Positions 13,201-28,200 of a stretch of DNA of 32,783 nt are shown piece by piece. The notes beneath the pieces were generated by a model that saw only the letters and a program-made list of their open reading frames with translations, was not told the DNA's origin and did no database searches. Both the position numbers and the translations under genes were made by a program. The DNA is taken from NCBI GenBank assembly GCA_008636045.1, contig SNRW01000065.1:1-32783 (forward strand). Reading direction: 5' to 3'. How positions within the stretch are numbered: position 1 is the first letter of the stretch; each line of letters starts with the position of its first letter. The DNA comes from Streblomastix strix (Eukaryota).

Positions 13201-16200
13201 GTCTCTTTCTTTATTTAATCCTCAAATTCCATAATCTTAACCAATATAATAATAAGAGTAATAATAGCAATAATAGATCAGTTTGATTATACTGGAAATA
13301 TAGAAAATAACAAATGAAACTTCTTTTTCAGCTGTAAATTAAATGAAGAAAGATATTATGAAATAAAAAGAATAGAAAGAAAAAGAGATGAATAAAGAAA
13401 AAGAAAAAGAAATAAAAAAAGATAGAAAGAGAGAAAAAGAAAAAGAAAAAGATATAAAATAAGGAAAAGAAAAAGAAAAGAATAAAATTAAAGTTTAAGA
13501 TAATTAATTAGGAACAAATATGGATAAGATTATAGCAATAGAATAAGAAATTCTATTATACAAATACAAAATAAACGATATAATGAATAATATTTCACTA
13601 TTGTCAAATTAATAAATAGATGAAATAATCGAATAAATAAATAAAACGAATAGCAAAAAGGATGATAATTAGAATTTTACTTTAGAAAACATAGATTTTG
13701 ATAGTATTATTGTAAAGAAAGATATAATTTAGAATAATGATAAAAGTAAGGAAAAAGAAAAAGAAAAATAGAAGAAACTGACATTGCAATAATATATAAA
13801 TAATTGCAACTTAGCATATTAGTCTTTATATTAATTAAATATCAGCAATACTAAAGATAAAAGCTAAGGAAGAAAAGAAATGGAAGAAAATGAGAAAAAT
13901 AAAAAAGAAATATTATTTAAAAATAAGAAATTTTTTATTTAGTTATTTAACAATAATAAACTCTAATAAAATATAGATAATAATAAAGAATAAGACAATA
14001 TAATAAACTCAAATTAACAATAATATAAATAGCTGTTATTATGGAGAATTAAGTTTATTTTATCTGGAGGGCTTACCAATATATTATCCTTGTTATTATT
14101 GTGCTAAATTGATGAAAGAAAAGAAATTATAAAAGAATAAGAAGTGATTAAAGATGTTAAAATAGATAAGAAGGATTCATTTAAGGATAAATAAAAGGAC
14201 TTAAAGGAAATTGACAGAGAAATAAAAGAGAAATTGAAAGAGAAAGACAAAGAAAAAGAATTATAGAAAACTCCCTAAAAATAACAATAAATCTAACCAT
14301 CCTCACCAAATGTATAACATAGATCATAACCATTAGTCTCTTAATCATCTGTTTATTCTCCTAGATAATAATATTAATCACAACAGAAATATAATCAACT
14401 TCCTCCTTTTCTTCCATCAACAATTATTGAAATTTTGAATATTTTGTCTTCATTCTTGTTAGATTATTAATCATACCAATATTAATAATAGAAAATAAAC
14501 AAAAAAGGAAATCAATAATAATAACCATCTCCTTCTCTCCTGACACATATATTATATTATATAATAAAATAATAATAAATGTCATAGTCATAATTATAAA
14601 AAACTTAATACAATAAAGATGATAAAGAAGATGAAAATGCTATTAATAATATAATAAATGCTTCAGATAAGTTAATATAGATTAACATTGATCTGAAAGT
14701 GAATATTAATGAGAATAATGATAGTAATAGTAATAAACAATTATCCTATTTTACATCATATATAATATTGATTTTTGTGAAACTGGTTCAACTTTTTATA
14801 TTCTTTTTTGACAGTATAATTATAAGATTGCCTTTAAAATCAACTTCTAATTAATCTTTAACATAATCATCTTATTATTCTCCACGCAATCCATCAACAA
14901 TCTATTCATCACAATCATCATAATCATCACAATAATAATAGAACAGATCTTCTTTCTCATTTTCTTCTCCATTTTCATAGCCCTAATAATAACAACAACA
15001 AATTGTATCATTATCATTATATTCATCACAATAGTAATAATAAAATAAAGATGATAAATTGTCAACTTGGCAGAAACTTCCTCAATCACCATCGTCCCAA
15101 TCACCTTTTCATTCATATTTAGCCACTTCAATATCTCCTTAAAACTCTCATATTCTATCTTCATCTACATCTCCATCTAATTAATTCATATAAAATAGTT
15201 TAAATATGAGTAATTAATAAATTTTAAATTAAAGCACAAAAATTCAACAATAAATTGATTTATAAAAACAGTTATCTTAATTATAATAATCAAGATCATC
15301 ATCATATTAACAGTAATATTTATCGCAATCTGTGTAACAACAAAATATTTAACAGTGCTAAATATAATATGATATTTATCTCGAAACAGATATTTTCACA
15401 ACTATTAATAAAATGATGATTGATAATAACAATAACTATTTATTAAAGAATAATATGAATATCAATAATATGAGCATAACCACAAACAATATAAATACTG
15501 GTAAATAATAAGGACAATCAAATTCTTTTGTTGCTGCATTGTGTAGTGATAGTTATAACATGTAACTTTAAGCATAATAATTTTCTTCTTTACAAACGCT
15601 TCCAAAGTTATATTTCACATATTTCTTAAATTCAATTAATGATTATTCATTATATTTAAATCCTTAATTAGTATAAATAATTGACTAATTGTACAATAAG
15701 AAGAATTTTAATGTTAATAATAATTAATAAATATAGCAAAATTCATTACCATCATTATAATAGTAAAATCAATTTGAATAAACCTCATCACTGATTCTTG
15801 ATTTTATAATTTAATTACTACAGAATTATTATTATTATTTATTTCCTATCATTTTCTCTTCTTCATTTTAACCTTATTTATTTACTCTGATTTCAAGCAA
15901 ATAAAGATTGAAAGAAAGAATAAGAACTGAAAGAGAAGAAAAAGAATAAAAATAAAAATAGTATGAAGAAGAAAATGAAGAAGAAAATGAAGAAAGAGAA
16001 AAAGAGTATGAAGATGATACAAATTAGTAATTATAGTACTTTATTAGAACTTAACTCATGAATAAAATAGATTAATTATGCTCAATGATTCTTGATAGTA
16101 AATTATTGTTGATAACTAGAAAACCGTAGTAAGAATTGTAGTAATATAAAAATGAACTTTTATAATATATAAACCAATAAAAGTAATAATATTAATTATA

Positions 16201-19200
16201 AAGCGAAAATGAAACTGATAACAAAGAATAGTCGTAAATATAATAATATAAAGGATATATACCATTCCACTCATCATAATATAATATTGAACTCGAAGTT
16301 GTAAAAGAGAAGAAGAAAGAAGAAGTTGACTAATAAGATAAAGAAAAAAGATAATAAAAACCATCTCATTAACGTACATCGTCATAATCATCATTATCTT
16401 CATAATCATCATAATAATCCACATCCATTTCTTCTTCAACATCTCAATACTATATTCTTCCTCGCAATTCATATCATCCTTCTTCATTATTTTCTTTCTC
16501 TCTCATTCACATATTAACTTAATTAATTAAAATAGATAATAACATTTAAAATATGCAATAAAATAACCGCAAATAGAATATCAATTAAAATATTACTAAC
16601 AATAGAATGTATATGAATAGTATAAGATATATTATCAAATTGATATTATAGTGTTCATAATAATTATAATAATAAAGAATTAAAGGAACAAAAGAAAGTG
16701 AAAAAATAATGAAAGTGAATATTGAATATATTAATTTACTACAACAATTACAATAGTAATAATAATTACAATCGCAATAAATATAATTATAAATATTATT
16801 GAATAAAGATATTTAAATATAATAGAGAATAAAAGCAAATGAATGCATTCCTTATGATTATTAATCTTTACTATTATTCACTTCATACATTCTAAGTTAA
16901 TACCCGTAACAATCATTCTATTATAATAATATTAATAATATCAAATCCAATATTAATTCTGTATCTAATCCTCGACCATCATCTCCATCTTAATCATCAT
17001 TTCTTTTATCTTCTCAACCTTCATCCACATTAACCAATTCATATCAGACTAATAATGTATTTCCTAATACTATAAATAATATGAATATAATTGAATAATA
17101 ATAAATACCTTCAATTCGCATTATTGTTATTGGATTGGTATAAATGATAAAGAAAATAAATTAAATAATTAATTAATAATAAAAAGAAAAAATTGCAAGA
17201 GAAAGAGAAAAAGAAAGAAATAAGAGAAAAAGAAATGAAAAATAACAACAATTAGAAGAAGAAAGTGGAAAATAAACTTCAAAAAGTAGAAATAGAAGTA
17301 GTAGTAAAAATAACTATAATGATTTAAATAATAAAGAAAAAGTTAAAATTATTATTAGTTAAGAATAGGAAGAATTAGACAATTAATTAAGTAATATAAA
17401 ATATATTATTGGAGTAGACAAAAAATAGAAAATTGAACTTATTAAATTTATTTTCAGTTAAATATTAATGAATGAAAGAAACAAGAAAATAAATAAGTAG
17501 CAAAAAGATTAAGAAAATGATGAAATGGTAAAAGAAAATGACTTAATAACAATTCTTCCTCCTGTTCTTCCTGAAATTCGAAATCATTTATATTAAATAC
17601 TTACACTCTTAACAACTTCATCACAATAATCATAGTAATAATTGTATAATATATAAAAATTAATTACAATCATGAATGAAATATAAATAAAAGAAGATGA
17701 AAGAACATTTTATTCATTTTCATATCAGCCTCGTAATTCATTAATTTAATAAAATGAAGTTGAAAGCTAAGAATTTAAAGACAATAAATCCTAATCTTCA
17801 TAGCAATAAATTCAATAAATTAATAAGAACAATCAGAATTTGCAATTTAAATAATATATAGGAATGAAGAATACCAGCAATCTCTGTTATATATCATCAC
17901 TTTTATCATAGTTATTTATGCATAAATAATTTAGATATATTATCTTGCATTATAATGGAGAGAAATGTGGAGGTTGGAATGAAGATGAAGAAGATGATGA
18001 TGATGAAAATGAGGATTAGGATGAAAATGAACAACAATAACAGTCAATAATAAAAATAATAAATAAATTAAAAAGAATGAAATAATAGCATAATCAGAAT
18101 TACAAAGTATATCAAGCAATAAGACTTTTATTTGCATAGTTGCAAGAATATCCAAACATATTTTATCCTTCAATATAATAATAATAAACGTAATTATCTT
18201 CTTTGTAATAATAATATTAAATCTAACAATAATAGAGATTAATACTTCATTAAAGATAACAATCATATTCATCTTCATATTAATATCAATCATCTCCTTC
18301 ATAATAATTTCTCTCATTTCTTCCTTCAATATCTTTGTCATAGTTTATTTAGACTTATGAAGTGTAAAATGGTATTTTAATTAATTAAGATTTACAATAA
18401 GATATTTCAGAATTTTTACATTAATTATTCGATAAGCTTGAATAATTCTTCATATACAATAATGCTCCTAATGTAATATATAAATTATTTGGTGGCTAAT
18501 ATAGCGAATAATTTATTTGTGAAAAAGAACATAAGAAAGAAAATATTTCTCAATTTATCTCAATATAATTAGAAGTAAAAGGATACAATAATATATATGA
18601 GTCACTTTCCAGTTAAATAAAAGGTGAAATAATTGAAGATAGAAGATGCGAAGAATGTTAAAAAGAAGAGAAGAAAGAAAAAACTGATAAAACTAGCAAA
18701 AATAAAGAAAATTAATAAAAATGTACAAAAACAATTAAAAGAACGTTATTTAATTCACTTCCAAACACAATTATTTTTGAATTAAAAAGAATAATTTATG
18801 ATTAAAGTAATGATAATGATAATGATAAGCAAAAAGACAAAGATCAAACCAAAAAATAAATCAAAAATTAATTCAGTTAAATAAAAGTGAATTAAAGATT
18901 TGAATTCCCCATAAATATTTTGGATTTATCACCATTTATGAAAGAAGTTGTTGATTTAAGGGAAAAATAAGATGAAATCAAACAAATAAAAGAAATAGAA
19001 GAAAATGAAAAGAAATAAAAATAGATATATTCAAGAGCTTCTACATCATTGTAGTAATAATTATAATTGTAATAATCATAACTTAAATAATTGAAATAAA
19101 ACTAATATTATAAATTAAAAGAGATTATTAATACTCCAACTTTATAATAGGATTAAATACTATAGTAATCGTATTCTTAATTATAACAATAACCAAATAT

Positions 19201-22200
19201 AGTGGAAATATAATAAAAATAATTATAATGGTTTTCTACTTAATCATAATCATAACGTTCACAATCATAAACATAATCTTCTTCTAAATAATAATCTTCA
19301 GTTTTAGGAAGCAAATGGAAAATGCATCCTACTGCTAATAATTAGAATGATGATGAATAAAATAACAAGGAAAATGAATGGAACAAATAGGAAAATAATA
19401 TAAATAATGACTCAACTTAAAGACAATTAAATTATTATTTATATAAATTAGTAGGAATAGTGTGTCACTCAGGAACTGCATAAGGCGGTCATTATATATC
19501 ATATATAAGAGAAAGAGATGAATATAATTAATATACCAATGAAGATATTAGAGTAGGAAAAGAATAAATAGAAAGAAAAGATAGATGGATTTGTTTTAAT
19601 GATGAACATATTAGCATTATGCCAAATGAATATGAAGAAAAGCAAGATAAACAAATTAAAGAATAAAAAGAGAAGAAAGCAAATACAAAAGATCAATAAT
19701 CATCATAAATAGACTAAGAATATATTCCAACATGGATAGAACATGAATGTTATGGTGGAGTTGATGAAGATATATTGTAGATGTGGAAAGAGAATGTTAA
19801 ATATGAATAACTGAAATAACTTAAGATAATGAAGGATAAAGAAAGGAAAAGAAAGAGGAAAGAAAGAGAAAGAGAAAGATTGATAAGAAAAGAGAATGAG
19901 AAGATTAAAGATAAGGATAATTCAAAAGATAAGGATAAGAATATTGAAAGAGAAAAGGAAAGAATTAAATAGGAACAAGAGTTAGAAGAATAAGAATAGG
20001 AACAGGAAGATAATGAATGGACATTAATAGGAGTTTAATTATAAGAATTACCAGAAGATTTAATACGATAATAATCTGCATATTTATTGTTTTACGAAAG
20101 AATTGAACCATTGAATGATTGGCAATAAGAAGAAAAGATTTAAAGTAATTAGCAAAACAGTAAGAATTATTATTAATATAGACAAATGAAACAAGAGATA
20201 AAAGAAATGAAAATGAAAAGAAAGGAGTTTGAAATGGAGATGAAGATGGTAATGAAGATGAAAATAGAAGAAATCAAAGAGGAAAATGGCGTAGAAAGTT
20301 AAGAAGAAAGTTAAATATAGAAAAATAAAGAGATTAAAGATAATGATAATGATGCTGAAGTGTAATAACAACAGATTTTATAAGAGCAATATTCTTAATA
20401 ATATTCTCAGCAATCTTAACAGTAATAATTAATACAATATTAATAATATATGCAATAATAATATTCTAATTAATTAATACAGATTGATGATTAAATATCT
20501 TCATTAATTGCAACGAAGTCACTAATATTAAATTCTTTGCCTTTTCCTCCTACATTTTATTTCTTTAAGATGAATAATTATAATTAATATGGTAATGACT
20601 AATTAAATATCATCGATTAATAAATATAAAGAGAAAGAAAAAGCTCGAATAATGTGAACAACATAATTTTGAATGAAAGAGAAATAATACCAAATAAGCT
20701 ATTAAGATAGATTTAGATAATTGATGAATAATAGAACCATTTTGAATATGAATAGAATACTGATAAAGATAAGAATAAAAAAAAATATAAATAATACTAT
20801 GAAAATTTGAAAATAATAAAAGAAATGAATAGGGAACCATAAATGTATAATTATTAATACTCAAATTTGTATATTCATTTGTATTTATAATTAAATTGTG
20901 ATGAATTAATGGACGAATAAAATAAATTAGGAAAATTAAATTTTGAAGGAACAGAAGAAAATTAAGAAGATAGTAATATATTTGTTTATAAAAACGATAG
21001 CAATATCAAAACAAATTAAAATTATAATCTTTCATTATCTCACTCGGTGAAAGTTCTACAAAAACAAAAATAAGAAGAGAAAAATGAATAATAAAATGAA
21101 GAAGAAACGGCAATTTAAAGATTTAAAAATGAGGAGCAAAATAACATACATCATCTTCATCGATAATTATAAATATAATTTATTTTCTTGTGGACAAGAT
21201 TCATCCTTTAATAATATTCTCATTCTTATTCTAATACTTTTATTAAGTAAGATGAGGAAGAGGAATAAGAAGAAGAAAGTGAAAATGATTATGAAAACGA
21301 TGACAAATAAAGGCTTAGAACAAGTAACTTAATTAATTAATCTTAATCTTAATCAAAACTGTAAAACCTCGAATAATGGAGCAAAATAATTGAAATAATA
21401 TGCTATAAATAACCATAATTGTCATATTTAATTATTAGCTATTTATCTTAATAGTTATTTAATGATGAATAAAATGATTATGACATTCTTTATTAATTAA
21501 TAAAAACTAAACAAAAGAAGATTTAAATGAAGAATTCTAATCAATAAAGTTTAAATTTGTAAAATTCTCCATCCACAATTAGTCTATAACTAATGGATTA
21601 TAAATCATCGCATTATTAACCTTAATCACAATCATAACAATTACTACAATAATAATCGCCATCTGTTTCATCACTTTCAATTCCACCTTCTCAAACACTA
21701 GATTCATCTCTTCTTCTTCTTCCTAATACTCCAATTCCATTTTATCCTTCATCTTCTTCAATATAATCAATAACATCACCGATTATCTTATAGTAACCAC
21801 AACTGGTATAATAGGATGAATATGATTCAGCATTTATTGACAGTTCAGAAGATGACGATGATGATGATGATGAATATGAAATTAATATGAACAGATAAAG
21901 AACAAATATATATTAGTAGTAAATGTATTAATATGAAGAAGAAAGATAAGAAAGAAAAGGAAAAAGAAAATCAAATAAAAATAATATTTTCTTCGGAGTT
22001 GATAATAATAATAATTCTGATTCATCTTCATAATAATTCTATACTCCTTCTCTTTTACGTTCGTACTTCATGAATTATGAAAATGTTGATGATTAGTTCT
22101 AATTTATTCGAATCCTATTCGCCTGTATTATATCTCTATCATAAATCATAGAGAATGAAATAGAGAAAGAAATAATGAGTGAAATAGATAAATTGAAAGA

Positions 22201-25200
22201 ATAAGAGGATGAATAAGAAAGAAAGAAATAATAACAATAATAATTAGTTTTACAATAATAAATGTATATGTATTCCTAATAACAATAAAACATTGATACT
22301 AAAAATAATGAATATTAATTATAAGTAAATGATTAATATCAAGATGAAAATTATGAAGACGATTAAGAGAGAATAAGAAAATACTATAAAAGAACAGTGA
22401 ATCATATTTGTACATCTGCATGCATTAACAATATTGATAATAATATAAACAATAATAGAAGCATTGTCTCATTATTAATTCAATTTTTTACTCTTCTTTT
22501 CAATATGATTATAGCTTAATAATACTAATATTACAAATTGACATTCTTTTTCTATTTTATTCGAGATTTATGCTCTCATTCATAAATATTATCTACAATT
22601 ATTCTCTCAACTTCATTTCCTTAGAGAATGTTTGATCTATTATAATGCGATATTAATTATATGAAATATTATTAAGATATGAGAATGCAGTAACAATAAT
22701 AGCAGGCAATTACACTTGTATCTTAACCTTAATCAGTACAATCTTAATCTCCCTCACAAATATAACTATAAATATAATTTATATGGAATCATAGATTGTT
22801 GCAATTACCAAGAAATAAATAAAACAATTTACAATTGAACGGCAAAGGAACAAATATATAAATATAAACCATACAAACTAATAATGATAAGTAAATTAAT
22901 AATACTTTAAGCATTGGAATAATTAATTAGGAATCAATGATAGCAATGTTATCAGCATTATTGTTATGTTTATTAAATAGTATTGAACCAACAACAAAGA
23001 AATGTTTATTACTATTATAATAATAAGAGCAAGACATGGAATAGAATGAAGAAAATGAAAACGACTAATTGTATTAAATAGTAAAATAAAACATTTCAAC
23101 TCCTCTCTTCCCTACTCGACTCTATTTCACTCATCCTTTCACATAAATATAAAACAATAGATAAACAATATTAAGAGAAACAAATGATAAATATAAGTAC
23201 AACTAAGATAATTAATATAATTAATATTTAAACATGAATTACATTAACATTTTATTATAGTTAACAAACGCAAACAGAATTTTATCTTCTTTTGTTTGTT
23301 TAGCTGCTTCTGCTTCATTATCGCAATACTTAGAATCTTCATCGTCATAAAATACATCAGCACCATCTCAAATACATTCCAATATGGTGCGTATTATTTC
23401 CTTTTAATAATTATAACCTATTATTACTAAAGACTAAACTTAAAATAAAAAGAAAGATAAATAATAATAATTAGAAAAGAAAGATACAAAATAACAGTAA
23501 TAATAATAGCATCATTAATCACTATATCATTATTTATTAACAAATATTCTAGATTACATAATAAAATAAAATAATAAATATAAAAATGATACAACATATA
23601 AATTCATGATTACTTTATTCTTTGACTTATTTACAATTAAAGACAAGAGAGAAAAATAAAGAAGAAAATAAAGAGAGAAAGAAAAATAAAGAATAGAAAA
23701 TGAAAAGAAATTGATGAATGAAAAAGATGGATAAATATAAAACTAAATAGGAAATAAATAAATTTTTGATAATAAATAAAAATTTGAATAAATTTACAAA
23801 CAAGAAACTGAATAAAAAGATAATAAAAAAGTGGAAAAGAAAATAAAAGAAGAGAAAAAGAAAATTTCAGAAGATAAAAATGATAACAAAGCTGATAAGA
23901 AAGAGAAATAATAATAATAATAAGAAGAAGAAGTGGATTTATTTATTTTTAAATAATAAATATTAGAGAAACTCATTAATTTCATTCTTGCTTCAGATAT
24001 ATAAAACATATCATCATAACAAAGCCAATAATCATAATTAATTGAGAATAGCAATTCTGACATTCTCATTTCTGCACTCATTTGGTATTCATTTTAATGC
24101 ATTGACTATGATTATGACAATGAGGAGGAATATAAGGTAAAAGATAAAGATAAAATAATAGATATTAAGAATAGTAAGAATATTACTAAGATTAAGAAAG
24201 ATAATCTCAATCACTACCTTCTTTATTCAACTTCAATTATTAATTAATTACTGTAACTTAGTTTAAAAGGTAGAAATAGAAATAAAAGACAAAGTGCAAT
24301 ATTATTATTAAGAATACTAATTACAAAATAGATAATAAGAAAAAAAGGAAATGAATAAGATAAAAAGATAAATAATACTTTATAATTATAGATATATTCA
24401 TACAATCAATAATCTAGAAATATCCAATAGTAATAATAATTACATTCTTATTAGTATTCATTTTAATAAATTTAAAAAATGTCTCTATTTAGAAATCAAT
24501 TTATTATTTAGCCAGTAAATTATGATTATTATAGTAAAGATATTGAAATGGCTGATGTATTAATATTATAATAGCAGTAATTGCATATAAAAGACAAGTA
24601 TAAAACTAAATATTTTTCTTCTTAACAAATTAATTATTTTCATCTTAATCTTGGTTAATAACTATTATAAGCTAATTTTGATATTAACAAAATAAGACCA
24701 ATTTTATTTGATTGCTAATAACAAAATAATACAAACGATTATGAAATATAAGAATATTATGTTTATTAATGGGAAAGAAAGATCTTATCAATGATATAGA
24801 TGAACACTATAGACTAATAATAATAACAATTACCTTTATTTATTATAAAACAGACTTCTTCTAATTCTTATTCTCCATCTTCTTCTTCATCTTCATTAAT
24901 ATTCTCTCCATAAACATAAGGCAGAGTTTTATATTCAAATGAAGAAGGAACACATTCATTGAAAAGAAGAGAAAAAGAAAGAAAGAAGATTGAAAAGGAA
25001 ATTGAAAGAGAATATGGAGTCGATAATTAAGAGATTAAATATGAAAATAAAATAAATAACTCTATTTCATATTTTGGATACAATTATACAGATGAATATA
25101 GTAATATATTTTCTCTTTATCCGAATGAATAGTATTATTCACTATTTATTTCTGAGGAAGAAGATTCTTAAATATAAATGTAGGAATAATAATATGAATA

Positions 25201-28200
25201 ACAACAATAGTTAATTCAATAACAGTAAATCCAATAACAATAAAAAGATGACCAAAAGAAAGAAAAGTTAAAATAAAAATAAATTAATGATATAAATTTG
25301 AATCTAATTCCCATAAATATAATTTCTGGTGTTGATTAATCTTCTCCACTAACAACTCCTTCCCCTTCTCCTCCTATTTCTCCGTCAATTTCTCCGTCTC
25401 CATCATCTTCATAATCAAAATAACAGAAATAACAATCATACTATTTTAAATAGAGATATATTGACTAGGATAAAATAATATATCTGTTCAATATGATGGT
25501 AGAATTATTAGAAAGTAGATTTGAATAGAAATATGAGAAATGTATTGATTAAGATTTAGTTAATATGTAAAATAATATGTAAAGGAGAAATAACAATATA
25601 AATAACAGTGGAAGTATTTATGTTTAAAGTAATTAAATAGAAGAAAATGATTAATAAAAAGATAATAAGAAGAAAAAGGATAAAAATAAAAAAGATAAGG
25701 AAAAAAGTAGTTATTATTCAAAATCAAGCAATAATAATAGTTTTTATAGTAAATCTACTAAAAATAAGAAAAAAATTCAGAAAAAAATAAATATTGAATA
25801 TTAATATTTTATTAAAGAATATATATAATATCACTTAGATTCGTTTTTATCTTTATTTATATTTACCATATCAAAAGTTATGAACAATAAAGAATAGGAT
25901 AAAGAAAGAGAGTTAAATGAATAATTAATGTAAGAAACAGAAAATAAAATTAAGAATAAAATATTAAATTCACTAATATAATTATTGAGAACTATTGAAA
26001 ATCATAGAAGCTTTTCAAATGTACTCAACATGTATAATAATAATTAACAATCATCTGCTTAACAATCAAAAGTAGATCAAAATGATAATAATTAATTGAT
26101 ATAATAATATATAGTTGAATAGATAAACTCAATCAACATTGATAGATTATTTATAATAAGAACAATTGAAATTTTATGTGGAATGAATAAAAAAATATGT
26201 GAAAGATGTGTTTAGATTATTTTATAGATAAATGATGGTACAGTAGAAAAAGAGAAAGAAAAGAAGGAAGATAAAGATAAAAAGAAAAAAGGTTTAACTA
26301 AAGATAATGAAAAGGGGAAAGATAAAGAAAAATAGAAAGAAGAAAAACAATAACAAATATAATTTGGATAAAGATAAATAGATGAAATTGATATTCCAAG
26401 AATATTATAGAAGAATAATAATGTAACAAAGAAGAAGAAGTAGTAAACTAAAAAGAAAAAAGATATAAAAGACAAATAATCATATTAAATTGGATCATTA
26501 AGAAAAGGAAAAGGAAAAGATACTGAAGAAAATAAAGATATTGATAAGTAGATGTTGAATGAGAATGTTGATATAAATGAAAATTTATGGTATAATTATA
26601 TATGGGTTAATGAAGATGATGATGAAAGTGATGAAGAATAAGATGATAGGAACATAAATAATGATGACTAATTCGATAATCAACCTTAACTGTCAAATAA
26701 ATTAGGATGGATTGATAAAATAACAACAAAATTCTCTTCAACTTCTGCAATTCTTACTTCTTCACTATCTAATCTATCATAATCTCCTTCAACAAAATAT
26801 TCTACACCTGTAATACATTCTCCTTCTTCTTAATACTATTCATCTTCTACGTCATAATAACAATTTTAATATTCATAATCTCCACTATCTCTTCATTCTT
26901 CTTCTGTTATTGCAATATCTTCATTATTTGATGAAATTATTTACTCTGAACTTAGTTGGATTATGCTAATGTGTAATATCCAAGATGAAAATGAAATTGA
27001 TTAAAACAATTAAACTTCAACTCAATTTACAACTTCGTCTCTTCATTCATCAATTCTTCTTATGCGTTTTTTTCCATCTGTAATATCTACATAGTTAATA
27101 TAGTTAGTAATATCTAATAAATACTCATTCAGAAGATCTTATCATATACTATTATTAATATTAAGCTAAATTATTCATTTTACTTCCTTATATGCATAAT
27201 AAAATAGTAAAGAAAAAGATGAAAAAAAGAAAGAATAGAAAGATAGTAATACAAATAATATAGATAAAGAATAAGAATAAAGAATATTATTATTCAGTTC
27301 AGCTTGTTCATATATTCTTGATTCAGTTTAACTATTTTATAAATATAATAATCAAATCTCCACATAACTATTGTCATAAATGTTATTTGGGTTAAATATA
27401 TAGATTGGAGAAGGTTCTTCCTTCTCAATTAATTAATAATAATCTTCATCAACTTTGCCTTCATCTTTGCTTCTTTCTCCTCCAATTAATTTATTACCAT
27501 CACCTATAATCTCTCAACATATACATTCTTCATCTTCTATTTCATTATAATCAAATCATTCTTCTTAATTGGCTTATTCACCTTCTTCTTAATTATTGAA
27601 TCCTCAAAGCACTTCAACCTCATCATAATTATTATAATTGTAATATTAGTAATCATATCCATCTATTTCATTTAGTTTGTAATCTTATTGTTATAAAGTA
27701 TTTCCCTGTAATAATATCGGTTATTAATAATCTTAGTTTACATCCTTTTTTATTTGGAGTGAAAATAAGAAAGAAAATAAAACAATGAATTTTAAGAATT
27801 TGAACTCGAATTCATAAAATTAAAATACAAATATATTATCGTTATAAATAAATGAATAATAGTAATAATAGTAATAAATATAATTACAGCAATACCAATC
27901 ATTAGCATAATAACCTTATGCTGTTTATTCTCCACTTCAAATAAATCATCCCTAAACATCAACATCATTTTCTTCTTCTCCATTATTATAAAATTAATAA
28001 TTGTAATCTTAATAATAATATCATTAGTAGAAGAGAATTATTCTTCCATCAATATACTAAACAGATGTGGTATAATTTAATTAATAAATATGTTCGTAAG
28101 GAAGAGATTTTAAGTGTACATTATTACCTGTTATATATTTTAAATTGAAAAATATTGAAAATTGTCAAATATAGTAATAAATATAATAAATTTAGTAATC

